From the NCBI GenBank assembly GCA_051362555.1, contig CM120649.1, positions 20,102,567 to 20,166,566 of the forward strand: 64,000 bases of DNA. Direction: 5' to 3'. Source of the stretch: Lingula anatina. Its lineage: Eukaryota; Animalia; Brachiopoda. Made by a program: the position numbers and the translations under genes. Positions 11,001 to 22,953 of the stretch are shown in pieces (position 1 is the stretch's first letter; every line of letters starts with the position of its first letter). Below the pieces are notes generated by a model, which saw nothing but the letters and a program-made list of their open reading frames with translations, made no database searches and was not told the origin of the DNA.

Positions 11001-13764
11001 CACACTGTATCCACATAGAACTGACCTTGTGGTAGACCCAGTAAGTATATATACACTGTATCCACATAGAACTGATCTTGTGGTAGACCCAGTAAGTATA
11101 TATACACTGTATCCACATAGAACTGACCTTGTGGTAGACCCAGTAAGTATATATACACTGTATCCACATAGAACTAACCTTGTGGTGGACCCAGTAAGTA
11201 TATACACACTGTATCCACATAGAACTGACCTTGTGGTGGACCCAGTAAGTATACACAACCCATAGGTAATTGGCCCAAAATCCTAAGGATTCCTGTAGCA
11301 CAAGTCCTAGATAGGAATCCTGTAGGATATATCATAGACTTTCTAAAGAATCCTGTAGGATTTCTATAAAATCCAATAGAAGTCTTATATTGGTAAGGGG
11401 TTAGACTTGAACTTTACTGGTGTCATTAATCCCTGTAATAATTGTGGTAATGATGAGAACTTAATTCTTATTTAATTGTAATTATTTACTATCTGTATAT
11501 AACCTATATATTATGTTTTGTCTCAGGACCTGCAGGTGATGACATATAATCCAGGAGAGGTGCTCACTCTTCCTATCAGGAGAAAGTTTATAATTATTTA
11601 CTATCTGTATATAACCTATATATTATGTTTTGTCTCAGGACCTGCAAGTGATGACATATAAACCGGGAGAGGTGCTAACTCTTCCCATCAGGAGAAAGTT
11701 TGAGCAGATCAACATTGACCCAGAGGTGAGATGACATTATTGTAGTTGTCATAGAAACCTTATGTCAAGTAATTTATGTCCTTTCAGAGAGATTATAGTA
11801 TTCCTTGTTTTGATTTAAACTAATATGGATATCATAAACAACCCCATATATAAATATATACATCTTGTCATCCGATTGAACTGTAAAATTGTATTGATGG
11901 AAATTGACCCAGTCTTTTTATCATGGCAGCTGGCAGGCTCACTGATGCCTATAGAAGTGAGACCAGGAGTCTCTGTTGCCATGGTAACTGGAAGCCTTGT
12001 TACCAGGGACAACCAGCACACACTGAAGGTAAGCAGGGGAATGCTAGTGGAGTGTTTCATGCATAGTTTGTGTTTTAATTCTGTCACCTGACTGTTCGGT
12101 GGTGTTTGGTGGTGGTTGTGGAACCAGATCAGGATGTGCAGCTGTGGGAACCCCTTTTGCAATAACTGGTGTTGTATTGGGGGTTACAGCTTTTATTTCT
12201 GGTATTTGTATGGTCGAGATAGAACTTGCTATGGTGGTCTTGTATTGAGTGCTGTAGCTTGGATTTCTAAATTTTGTTTGGTTGTGATTTCATCAAGTGA
12301 CTACCATTGTTTATGTTGGCCATTTTTGTCATTGCCAGTTAATAAATATACCAAGGGAAAAAGTAATGAGGTCTTGTTTATTTGTCTTATTTAACATGCC
12401 ATATTTTTTTCTGGGTGAAGTTTTAAACCATACAATTCAGTAAAGATCAGTAGGTTGTTCTAGAGATTCAGAATTATGAAATGTACCCCAGGAAAGACAC
12501 TGAGACAGTAAGTGTATCCAGAATAGTAGACTAACAGATCTGTAGATCAAATATGGCGACCCACTTAAAAACTTGCTGCTTAAATCCCCTAACAGACACT
12601 GTTTAGATCTCCTGCGGGGATTCTGCAACAAGCATTCAAGTGGGTCAGCTATATTTGACCTGCAGATCTGCTAGATCCCTGTTCTGAATGAGGCCTGTGT
12701 TTTCCTTCAGCCCCTGCAGACGTCTGGTCTGAAGAGAAAACTTGAGACCAGCTCTGACAGGAAGAGGAGAAGTTATTTCTGGGGAGCCCTGGATGTGCAG
12801 GAGTTTGTTGATAAGTTAAACAAGGTAAGGTGTTGTAATGGAGTGGTATTGTGTTGTTTGTAGACAAAATTGTACAAAATGAAGCTGCCATCGGTAATTG
12901 TATTGAATGAAATTGTGGTCTATGTCACATTTGGCAAATGAAAGATATTTTGTAAGAGAGACATTGAACAAGGCCTGGTTAAAATGGATAAGGGGGGGGG
13001 GAGGATGGAGAAAGCCTCATATTCTGGTGAGGGTAATGAGTCAAGACTTCCATTTTCTATTATAATAATAAAATACTAATGATAATTTTTTTCTTTGTTA
13101 AACATACTGTATGTTAATTTCAAGCTGTCTCAAGTTTTGTGTGTGTAATGTTGTAGGAAGGTCTGACAGATGTCAAGGTAGAAGACAGTGCTGAGGGACA
13201 TATAGTCCACCTGGTAAGATACAGACCTAGGATTAGAACGTGTGATCTCTTTGATGAAATGCAGGCTCCTCTTAATACAGTAAAACCACATGGTCTTGTC
13301 ACTGATGTCTGATACACAGCAGAGGAAAATACAACACATGGCATTTGACCATCAGAGGAGCATGAAGAACATCAGTGGAGAGGCCTTGTGGGAACATACA
13401 GATATCTTGTTCTGAGTTTAGGCACTTAATTGACATGAAATTTTATGTAATTGAGCCTCTGAATTTACAAAAAAATGTATAATAAGTTACTATTTTTGAA
13501 AGGAACAGAAAAGAAACCAAAAGAAAATTTGCAAAGATATTCCTGTTTATACCACAGTGTGCTAGTAACTGGAGATCAAACATTGAAGTAATCAGACTGA
13601 GTGTGAAATGTTGATAATAGATTCATATATTCTCTGTGTTTCAGCCAAATGAAGACACCCTTATACAGTTGGAAGAGGGATCAACACACATCATATGTGA
13701 AGGCAATGAAGGACTGAGAGTGAAACTTAAAGATATACTACTACAGTGTTTGAATAGACTATAG
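5032..13764 (+). CDS. INTS9: Integrator complex subunit 9 (metallo-beta-lactamase/beta-CASP fold), about 21 exons
   Basis: Exons join as MKL|YCLS...LMLDCGLD...[17 protein letters not shown]...[12 protein letters not shown]...YATEPT...TPLSSG...[10 protein letters not shown]...[22 protein letters not shown]...FAEW|[20 protein letters not shown]...[19 protein letters not shown]...[10 protein letters not shown]...CPIDTSLNF...[27 protein letters not shown]. This is colinear with vertebrate INTS9. Stop TAG at 13762-13764. Confidence 0.96.
7041..7206 (+). repeat. 41-bp x4 array spanning an INTS9 donor
   Basis: Unit AACTTTAATGAGAAATTG|GTAGGTTACACCTTACCTGGCAA; first donor at 7059. Confidence 0.92.
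8554..8823 (+). repeat. 93-bp x3 array spanning an INTS9 donor
   Basis: 84 exonic nt ([28 protein letters not shown]) plus gtaagttaa; the third copy lacks the GT. Confidence 0.93.
9840..10035 (+). repeat. Decayed duplication of an INTS9 acceptor plus exon start
   Basis: gtgttttAC|TTGACTTCAGTAAAGACTTCAAGACTCCC at 9841 versus gtgttttAG|GTGACTTCAG... at 9961. Confidence 0.85.
10697..11256 (+). repeat. 51-bp x11 array spanning an INTS9 donor
   Basis: Unit CTGTATCCACATAGAACTGACCTTGTGGTGGACCCA|GTAAGTATATACACA. Donors at 10733 and 10786, then every 51 bp to 11245. Confidence 0.95.
11479..11701 (+). repeat. 112-bp duplication spanning an INTS9 acceptor
   Basis: Two intact ttttgtctcAG acceptors (11526, 11638), each followed by [20 protein letters not shown] codons. 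Confidence 0.92.
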
Positions 13765-13860
13765 CAAGTGTATAAAGATATACTACTACAATGTTTGAAT
13801 AGACTATAGCAAGTGTATAAAGATATACTACTACAGTGCTATAATAAAATGTAGCAAGTG
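13728..13860 (+). repeat. 45-bp x~2.5 duplication spanning the INTS9 stop codon
   Basis: Unit taaagatatactactacagtgtttgaatagactaTAGcaagtgta, starting at 13728, 13773 and 13818. Confidence 0.9.
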
Positions 13861-13952
13861 TTTGTATGATTTGTCTACACGTAAGCTATCTGAACAAGCC
13901 CAGAGAGGAGAAAGGCTTTAGTTCTGAGTGAGCAATGATGGGATGAGTATAA

Positions 13953-14253
13953 GACCGCATTCACATTGAGTTGAGCCATGGCTCTACAAAGCCACAAACT
14001 AAATATGGCGGACGTACATAAATGAAAAACGCCTAATCTTTTAATAGTCTCTCCGACTCTCACACGCCTCCCCATGCGTCGTCCCTGCGGTGGTACAGTC
14101 ATTAAATCTCGGCTCCATTGGGACGACACATGGGGAGGCATGTGAGAGACGGAGAGACTATTCAAAGATTAGGCAGTTTTCCTTTCATGTACGTATGCCA
14201 TATTTAGTTCGTGGCTTTGTAGAGTCATGGCTCAACTCGATGTGAATGGGGTC
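13953..14253. mobile_element. Palindromic MITE (Harbinger-like ends), ~300 bp
   Basis: About 135-bp imperfect inverted arms, gaccgcattcacattgagttgagccatg... / ...catggctcaactcgatgtgaatggggtc. Left flank TAA, right flank AAA. Confidence 0.75.
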
Positions 14254-14765
14254 AAAGTGACCTTCAAAGATAGTCATAAAATTCTATCCTGTTTATGAGA
14301 ATTAAGCTTCAGTAAGCTTCAGAAGTAATTCAGGACCAATGAAAGTGAAAGATATATTTCATTCGTGCTGGGGATATGGGAGGTCGTAATGACAAGTTAC
14401 AAAGATAGCAGTGTATTTACATAGAGTTGCCAGTTACTATAACATATTTCTCACTGAATCTGGACATTGCTCCTTTATTTGTAACATAGTCATGTTAAAT
14501 TTCCTTTTTTGTAAATAAATGAAAAGATACCTGCCATGTCTTTGTATGTGTTTATATGAGAATAATGCCAGCTTTGTCAGTTAACTGGATACCATTAGTG
14601 ATCGTTTACCTTATTTCTGTTAAAAGAAGACAAGCAATTAGCAGCCACAGTATTGCACACAGGTTTATTGGATCTAACTTTGCAGTTGTATGACTAATCT
14701 CCCTGATTATAGCCAAAAATGTGCATAAAGCCATATAATCAGATAATTTCCATTACTTCTTGTAT

Positions 14766-15070
14766 TGTGCTGAAATGACCAGGTCATCATGACACTGAAG
14801 TCACATGATGTGTTGAAATGACCAGGTCACCATGACATTCAAGTCACGTGATGTGTTGAAATGACCAGGTCATCATGACACTGAAGTTACATGATGTGTT
14901 GAAATGACCAGGTCAACATGACACTGAAGTTACATGATGTGTTGAAATGACCAGGTCAACATGACACTGAAGTCACGTTATGTGTTGAAATGACCAGGTC
15001 ATCATGACACTGAAGTCACGTGATGTGTTGAAATGACCAGGTAAACATGACACTGAAGTCACGTTATGTG
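14766..15070. repeat. 41-bp minisatellite, ~7 copies, intergenic
   Basis: Unit tgtgttgaaatgaccaggtcatcatgacactgaagtcacatga. Confidence 0.9.
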
Positions 15071-16058
15071 CATAATCTGCTGCGTAGGCCCAGTTATCAT
15101 GTGTAGATACAAACAATGACTGTAGTGATTATTATTACTGGCAAAGGATATAGAAAATCGGGGCAATTAGTTCAGTATCTTGTCTTTTGGAAGGAAAAGA
15201 TATCTGCCTTGGATTAATTTAGAATATATCTGGAACATTACTGCCACGAATTCAGATATATATGTGCAATCAGCGCTATATCCCAACAAACATCAGATTA
15301 ACAATTGCGCAACCTCCACTGGAAATATCGCTTATTTAATAATAAGGCATATGTGTCCAATCAGGGCTGTATCACACCAAACATCAGACATTGCGCAACC
15401 ACAACTAGAAATACCGCTGATTTGATAATTGATTGTTGATAATGTGACACACAGTATTCATAGTAATCAAAGTTGCCCCGTTGATGATAACCGTCAGGGG
15501 TGTGTCTGCATTCAGCCGGGGGAGGGGGGGGGGGGGGTCATCGCAGAAAACTAATGAAGTCCATGACATAGTTGACTGTGATTAGTGACGAATATTTCTC
15601 AGCTATTTTTGTTCATTTTGTACTCAATGGAATAAAATTCAAATTGGCAGGCAATATAATGCTTATAATGTGGAATTTCAACTTGCGTATCATCGGCACA
15701 GGATATCTACAGTGTGATTTCTAGACCACAAATAGGGCCTACTATAAAAACATTCCACGTCTAGTAAATTCATTCCACTGCCTAAGTTTTTGGATTAATT
15801 TTGAGTGCAAATATTTTAAAGGTGCTCTCCGGTATCGTTTCAAGTGCCCCCTCCTGGAACCACGTTGTCGAACAACCGACCAATGATGATCGAGATAAGT
15901 TATCTGTTACCCGGGCGACATTGCGGTGGTCATGTGACGTAGATTTAAAAGGCACGCCGAGCCATAGTCGGTGCATTTTGGCATTGGAACAGTACCCTGC
16001 GAGCATTGGTTCCTATAAATCCTGTTCTCTGTAAAGTTTGTAGAATTCCACACAGAAG

Positions 16059-18377
16059 ATGTTACTGGTAGCTGTATGTCTGGGGATACTGGCTGTGGCC
16101 GCGGCAGATAAAAAGCCCTGCTGTGCACCTCCACAGTGGGAAGGACTGATTGGAGAGACAATCGGTGGTGACCATGAGGGCAAACCCTGGCTTTTACAGG
16201 TACGACGTGGGTCAGCCTGCAAACGTTACAGCGTAGAATCATTGGAACTCAGATTGTAGATGTAATGCTTTATTTTACATGAAACACGTTGATATGTATA
16301 TCTTTTATTACCAACTAGAATACACAACACTGGGAATTATAATTATGCAGCGGAATAAGAAATATGATGGTAATTGTGTTTTTACTTTGCATGAACCAGT
16401 GATTCTAAATAAAAGCCTGTTATCTGAATTTGTGCGGTTTCTTTCTGATTTTTTGTTTTATCCTGACTGTCCTGACGCAGCCGTTATCTATTTTATATAG
16501 GGGAATTGCAAACCCTGCAAATGTCTGGATAAATGAGCAATTTCAGAAAGGTACGCAATCCTGTACTAGAAGCTGAATTCCGTAAGTTTATGTTCGGTTT
16601 TTGGTCGATTTCAGGAGGGTGCCCAGCTGTCGGTCTCGTGGCCAGATAAAAAGATGAACGTGATGGGCCAGGCCAACATGACTGGCGGAACCAGTGTCAT
16701 GTTCAGGGTCATTCTGGATTACAAGGCGGTCAGTAGGATATTTTATTTTTTATCGCATTCTGTCCATTTTACATTCATTCTCTTGCGTTTATTCGTTTAT
16801 TCATTTACGAAGGTAGTAACTGATTTTCATTTCAGAAACAACAATACACCATAGTCCACAAGAAATGCACTAAAGCTGCCATTGCAGACGAAATGATTAA
16901 CGGAGTCCCATGTAAGTATCATGGGATAATTTGGAACAACTCGGCTTTCGTATGCTGAGTCATGCCAGTGCCCCGTTTTGGTGTCGGAATCATCCGAGAC
17001 TTACCGAAGAACGTTATCCCTTTATTTTACATTTGTAGTTATGCAAAACAGAGATACAAAGACTATTGTTTTTATAGTTCTATTTTCAAAGATAATCTTT
17101 GTTTACTTCCCAATCAACGTACTGAACTGTTTAGTCCTAGCCAATGCCACGTCTTATACAGGGCGCCAAATTTTACCACTCTTTGAAACTATGAGGAAAG
17201 CTAGGGGAGGGGTGTCCTTCACCTGTGAGAAACACAATAAAAACCCAAAGATCATTCCTAAATGCATTAACGGCACTGTCCGCCATCTATTTAATTCCAG
17301 CCAACGCCACCTACGCTGGCACCTTCTACTTTGGCGCCGGCAAGGACAACGAGTTGATGTTCGACACGTGGCTGGTCAAGTACAAAGGCATGGACTTCCA
17401 GTCTGAACTGACCACCACTGTGAAGGACTGCATCCCCATCAGCTGGTTTGCCTTCGGGACGGTCAACAAAGGTACACAAACCTCGTGTTTCTGGCCAGTA
17501 TAACTACATCAGCGTATTTAACTCGAGGGCCGGCGTAGCACCGTTACCATTGTTGTCATTTTATCATTGACTGCTTTGTCATCGTTCTATCAGAACGAAC
17601 TAGATAAACTACGAATAATATACGACCATTTACATTTAAGCATTTCATATAATTATATGGGTATTTGGCTCATCAACCAAACTTTTGGTCCGAAAACTTA
17701 ATGGCAGAAAGCACCGTTCTGAAAAGTACTAGTTCAGTTGTCCGCGCCGTACCTTGTGGAATTTCCTTTGTTATTTTAAAACATTACGGCTGCGCTTGTG
17801 ATAAATAAGTATTTTTGGTATAACATGCAATAGCATATATCACTAACAGATAATAGCTTATATAACTATCAGATAAGATATCTTCATCATATATGAGCCA
17901 CGTGACATAACTTATGTGTATTATCATTTCAGATAAGCTGATAGAGACTGTTGGGTTTGTGAATGTCACACTTGGAATTAAGGACAACAGCGTTTTTACT
18001 GTGCCAGACATCTGCAAGAAGGCGTCTAATGAGGTAGGTCAAGGGACAGGAAGGGATCAGTTTTATGCAATGACGCTTGTTACACTATAGTAATAAATAT
18101 GTCCCTACAATATATACTTAAAGCGGTAACCATAGTCACATTTATGCGTGAATTTTTTTATGAAAAAAATTATTATGTTGATTGCTCTTATTTAACGGCA
18201 AATATTTTGGAGTTACTGATGTGATTTGAAATTAGCCATAAATATTTATCTAATGGTTTTGTAAATTGAATTTAAAACGACGTAATATGTCTGTAACTTA
18301 ATATGCCCTTGTTTCTTTTTCAGTACCCACACCCAGTACTGGCGGGTATGGATGGAATGTTCCGACTGAAGTTATAA
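16059..18377 (+). CDS. Ependymin-related secreted protein, copy 1 (6 exons)
   Basis: Exons 16059-16199, 16615-16728, 16836-16911, 17301-17471, 17933-18033, 18324-18377. Signal peptide, then CCAPPQWEG...DY...KCTK...VPSNATY...DCIP...NVTLGIKDNSVFTVPDIC, the ependymin-family pattern. Confidence 0.9.
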
Positions 18378-19619
18378 GTCAAGAAGCTATGACGTCACCA
18401 TAATCAATGAAGTCACATATTTCAGTGACGTCATATAGACACCAGTGGCAATGATGTCACAAGAAGACATGACGCCGCATCAAAAAGAACTTAGATACAT
18501 TTTTATGAAATATACATCTGTTTGGTATGATCAACGAGACGGGCGTGTTGCTCGGTTGTTATCATAAAGACAAAACACCTCCAATAAAGATTTATCTTAA
18601 TCGAATGACATTTTGTTGTTAAATTTATTTTACCTGTACCACGGAAGGGGACTCTTCTAACTGTTGAACATTATTTTATAAATGCAGGGGTGTGAATCCA
18701 TCTGATTTGATAAAAATAACTTTTGAAATAGTTGAAAAAACTTAAAGTGATAATAACTCTTCGTTTCGGCCAAAAAATGAATTTTCCTGGAGTAAACAAC
18801 AATTTTCCCATACTTACCAATGGTTAATGAATCCATTTTTACATTCAAAGTTAGTCCCTGTTTTTTCTCTAAAAAGTTCGGTTTTTTGTTAAAATCTCTT
18901 AAGAGATTTTAACAGAGTATAGACATCAATGGGGATCACGTGGTCTAAAGACAAGCTCAGATATCAGAATAATAGCTATAACAGCCGTTTTTGTGGGAAA
19001 ACAGAATATATTATATTTTTATGAGTCACTCACAATGTTTTTATTGTGAAATACAGATTTCATACGAAGAGTTATTATCCCTTTAAGTGCTTCAACCATT
19101 ACCTTAATGGAATTAATGGCCATCTTAAAAATACCCACAATGGAATCGTGTCAAATTTCAAAGATATTATACGCTAGTGTACATGATTAGGGCCTACAGA
19201 TATTCACTTCGGCTGCCTAGATTTTGTGTACAAGAGAATGCATGCTTCGTGCAGCTTGCTGTTGTTGACCTTCCAAAGCTTGGTCATCATTGGAATATAA
19301 TGTATATGGGTCTCGGGTGTTTTTGTTATATTATTTGTGTGAGGGCGCATATACATGTACAGTACGTGTATACGTGTGGGCGTGTATTTAGTCTGTATCA
19401 GCTAGATTTTGATTGGGCCTTGTTACATATTTGTGACATTTTGCCAGTAAAAGCTTAGTATTTAAAAAATGACTTTTTAGAAAAAATATTATATATTTAG
19501 TGAAAAATATTTTTTAGAAAAAAATCTTATGCTAAAGAGAAAAATACTGTAAATTACATTGCTATGTCAAATATTTTTTGTATGTTGATGTTTTTTCTAT
19601 CCAATTTGGTAACATTTTC

Positions 19620-19674
<55 letters not shown>
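19620..19674. repeat. (TAA)n microsatellite
   Basis: About 18 perfect TAA units. Confidence 0.95.
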
Positions 19675-19675
<1 letters not shown>

Positions 19676-20786
19676 TCTTTAAAACTGCCTTAGTGTAATG
19701 CATAATGTAAAATTAATGAGTAAAATCTAAATATGAATCGAAAGGTCAAGAAAACTCTGCAAACATATTTAAAACTTTTAAATTCTAAATTATTCCAAGA
19801 TCTACTGGATGCAAATGTTGCTAAAACAATAAGAATATTAAGATGAAAATTTTGTGACGGTAGGTTTAAACAATTTTCTTGAGTTCTTTTTAATAGTGAA
19901 GAAAAATTCGATCTAGTTGTCATAAATTCAGTAGATTTGATGTAAACGGTTCTAACATTGTAATAAGTATAAGGGCATTCTCTTCTAGCAAATCTTAAAA
20001 AACAATTAATTAATAATAAACATTTAAAAACTTTACTAAAAAACTGGATGCGACTGCATTTCTTTGAGAATTGTTTTGAATTTGACCTTGATGACCTCCA
20101 AATTTTTAATCTATATTAAAATGAGAGGGTCCCAAATATTTTGGGGTGTAATGTTTGAACATTTGTCTTTTTACTAAAATGCCTTGGCACAAGCAGCACG
20201 TCTATTTAGTTCATTCAGTAATAAAAACCTTCGAGTCTTTTCAAAAATATATGACAGCAAACTATCAAACTTTCAATTGCGCAACCTCCACTCTAGAAAT
20301 ACAGCTGATTCAACAATGGATTGCTGACCATGTGACCCTCAGTTTTTCACAATAATTGGTGATGACCCAGTTGATGGTGCGTCCTACTGCTGTCGGAGAG
20401 GGCACTACGGTGTACTATTATAGGAGTTACGGTGCTTGCTGTAAACATCTCTCCTTCAGAGCCGATAAAAATCCCTATGATATCCTAGCATTAGAAAAGT
20501 TTTTTTATTATAATTCTCACGAGTGAATTACGGTTATATGCCCATTTTTTCTTGGTTAAAAATACGTCCAGGCATTTGCCCTCTACCCCACCCCCCTCCC
20601 TCGGCACACCCTGTGTCAATCACGCAGTCACCCAGTGAGTGGGTGACCATCTGACAGTCAGGTGACACAGATATAAAGGCACGGTTCGTCAATGTTAGCG
20701 CATTAAAAACATCGGAACAGCATCGTGCGCGCATTGGTTCCTATTAATCCTGTACACGGTAAAGTTTGTGGAATTCCACACACACC

Positions 20787-21001
20787 ATGTTGCTGGTAGC
20801 CATATGTCTGGGGGTACTGGCTGTGGCCGCGGCAGATAAAAAACCCTGCTGTGCGCCTCCGCAGTGGGAAGGACTTCTGGCGGAGAAGATGGGGACAGAC
20901 CACCAGGGCAAGGCCTGGCTTTTACAGGTACCACACAATGTACAGGGGGCGGGGCATGGAGTTTATGGAGGGGTTTTTGTATGAGACGCCAGGTGAAGTC
21001 G

Positions 21002-21064
<63 letters not shown>

Positions 21065-22953
21065 TTATATTTTTTAAATCTCAAATATTTTAGACTTATT
21101 TTCAGTCCTGGTGATATTTCAGGAGGGTGCGTTGATGTCTGTGTCATGGCCGGACAAGAAGATAAACTTCATGGGTCAGGTAAACGCTACAGGGGGCACC
21201 AGTGTCAAGTTCAGAGTCATTCAAGATTACAAGGCGGTGAGTAGAAATACTTACACAGCAGTCCTTCCTTCACCGTCTATGCTTTTATTGACATATTCAA
21301 TCACTCGTCTTTACACTCACTTCTTTACTTAGAGATACATTCATTCTAGCCCCCCTCCCTCTCACCCACACACCAATACACGGCATATTTGTACCCGGTA
21401 TGTAACTACAAGGTACTTAGTCTGCAAGAAAAAAATTTTTTCTCGTAATTTCAGATGCATTAAAAACGATAGGGTGTTTTGTGTTAGTTCATCATTGTGG
21501 GTTACTTGATTGAATCTGTGATTTATGAACTTCATGATTTTTATTGTAGAAACAACAGTATGCCATAGTCCACAAAAACTGCACTAAAACTGCCCTTGCG
21601 GAGGAAATGATCAACGGAGTCCCACGTGAGTAACGCTGGAACGTCTGGAACACCTTGCAATTGGCTAATATAGGGGCAATTGTTTCTTCTTGTACTGGTT
21701 ACCCTGCTTAAACATGGCAACAGTAAGTTTTCTAACGAACAAAAGGGAGGGGCAAGTACAAATATCCACTGTTGCATTAACGACTCTTTCCACCATTGGG
21801 TTGTTTCCAGCCAATGCCACGTACGTTGGTACTTTCTACCTTGGCGCCGGCAAGGACAACGAGCTGATGTTTGACACGTGGCTGATCAAGTACAAAGGCA
21901 TGGACTTCCAGTCTGAACTGGCTACCACCGTGAAGGACTGCATCCCCATGAGCTGGTTTGCCTTCGGAACGGTCAACAAAGGTACGTAAACCTCGTGTTA
22001 CTGCATGGCCAGTTACCACATCAGAGTATATACAGTGGACAGTTAGAATTTTTTGGTATTTTTGTCATATGGAATAGTTTTATTTTATAATTGAGCATGA
22101 ATGATCATCAAACTTGATTACTGTGCTGGCTCCTGTTTAAATGGTCCAAGTGGGCCCTTTTGATTTGAAAAATCAAAGAAAAACAAAAACAGAGGATGTG
22201 ATGTAAAATGGGATTATCACATGTATGCACTTTTCTCTATTGCAATGATTATTAATTGTCCTGTTTCTAAATTCATAACCAGTGTTTCTAATTATCAGAC
22301 AACATATCATGATATCAGGCCCTGCTGACCTAACCTTTACGTTTTTATCACTTCAGGTAAACTCATCCAGTCTGCTGGCATTGTGAACGTGACACTTGGA
22401 ATTAAGGACAACAGCGTTTTTACTGTGCCAGACATCTGCAAGAAGGCGTCAAATGAGGTACAGTAAGTCGAGGGACCGGGACATTCCTGTTATACTGTGT
22501 GTTAACTCATGACAGCTTCATCACTGTTAAATATATTAAACCGCATATTATTTCAGTCCATACCGCTGCGATGTCTTGATTATATACCAGTACAGGGACA
22601 TACTGCTACTTGTAGAACGAAATACATTTCACTTTTTGATAACTGTTTAAAAAAAAAACAGATTTTAATTGGTCGATCAACGTACGTTTAACATACAATA
22701 AATTACCGGTACATACAGGCTACTGTACATGAACCTGTATGTATACATGTAATAAAAAAATTCCCTGTGTGCAAAGCAAGCGCTGTCGTGTTTGCCTGAT
22801 TGTCCAAAGGCAAGTGAACATATTTGTAAGAGGCACATGTACAGTTGTACGTGTTAAATGTCTGTAACTTCATTTGCTTTAACTTCATTTCTATTTCAGT
22901 ACCCACACCCAGTCCTGGCGGGTATGGCTGACCAGTTCCGTCTACGGCTGTAA
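20787..22953 (+). CDS. Ependymin-related secreted protein, copy 2 (6 exons)
   Basis: Exons 20787-20927, 21123-21236, 21550-21625, 21811-21981, 22357-22457, 22900-22953. Exon lengths are identical to copy 1 and the motifs are the same. Confidence 0.9.
21002..21067. repeat. (ATTT)n microsatellite in intron 1 of ependymin copy 2
   Basis: Direct inspection. Confidence 0.95.

Noticed and set aside
10522-11301. Overlapping repetitive ORFs on both strands (also at 28760-29332, 50546-51205 and 62436-62858)
   Set aside because: These are alternative frames of tandem arrays; only the exon-continuous frame is meaningful.
14766-15070. Array containing CCAG|GTCA/GTAA, a possible donor array of an unseen gene
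   Set aside because: No adjacent exon or ORF could be identified, so it is treated as an intergenic minisatellite.
17130-17170. cctAG|CCAATGCCACGT resembling the ependymin exon-4 acceptor and start
   Set aside because: Only about 14 nt of similarity. It may be another fossil acceptor duplicate, but it is too short to count.
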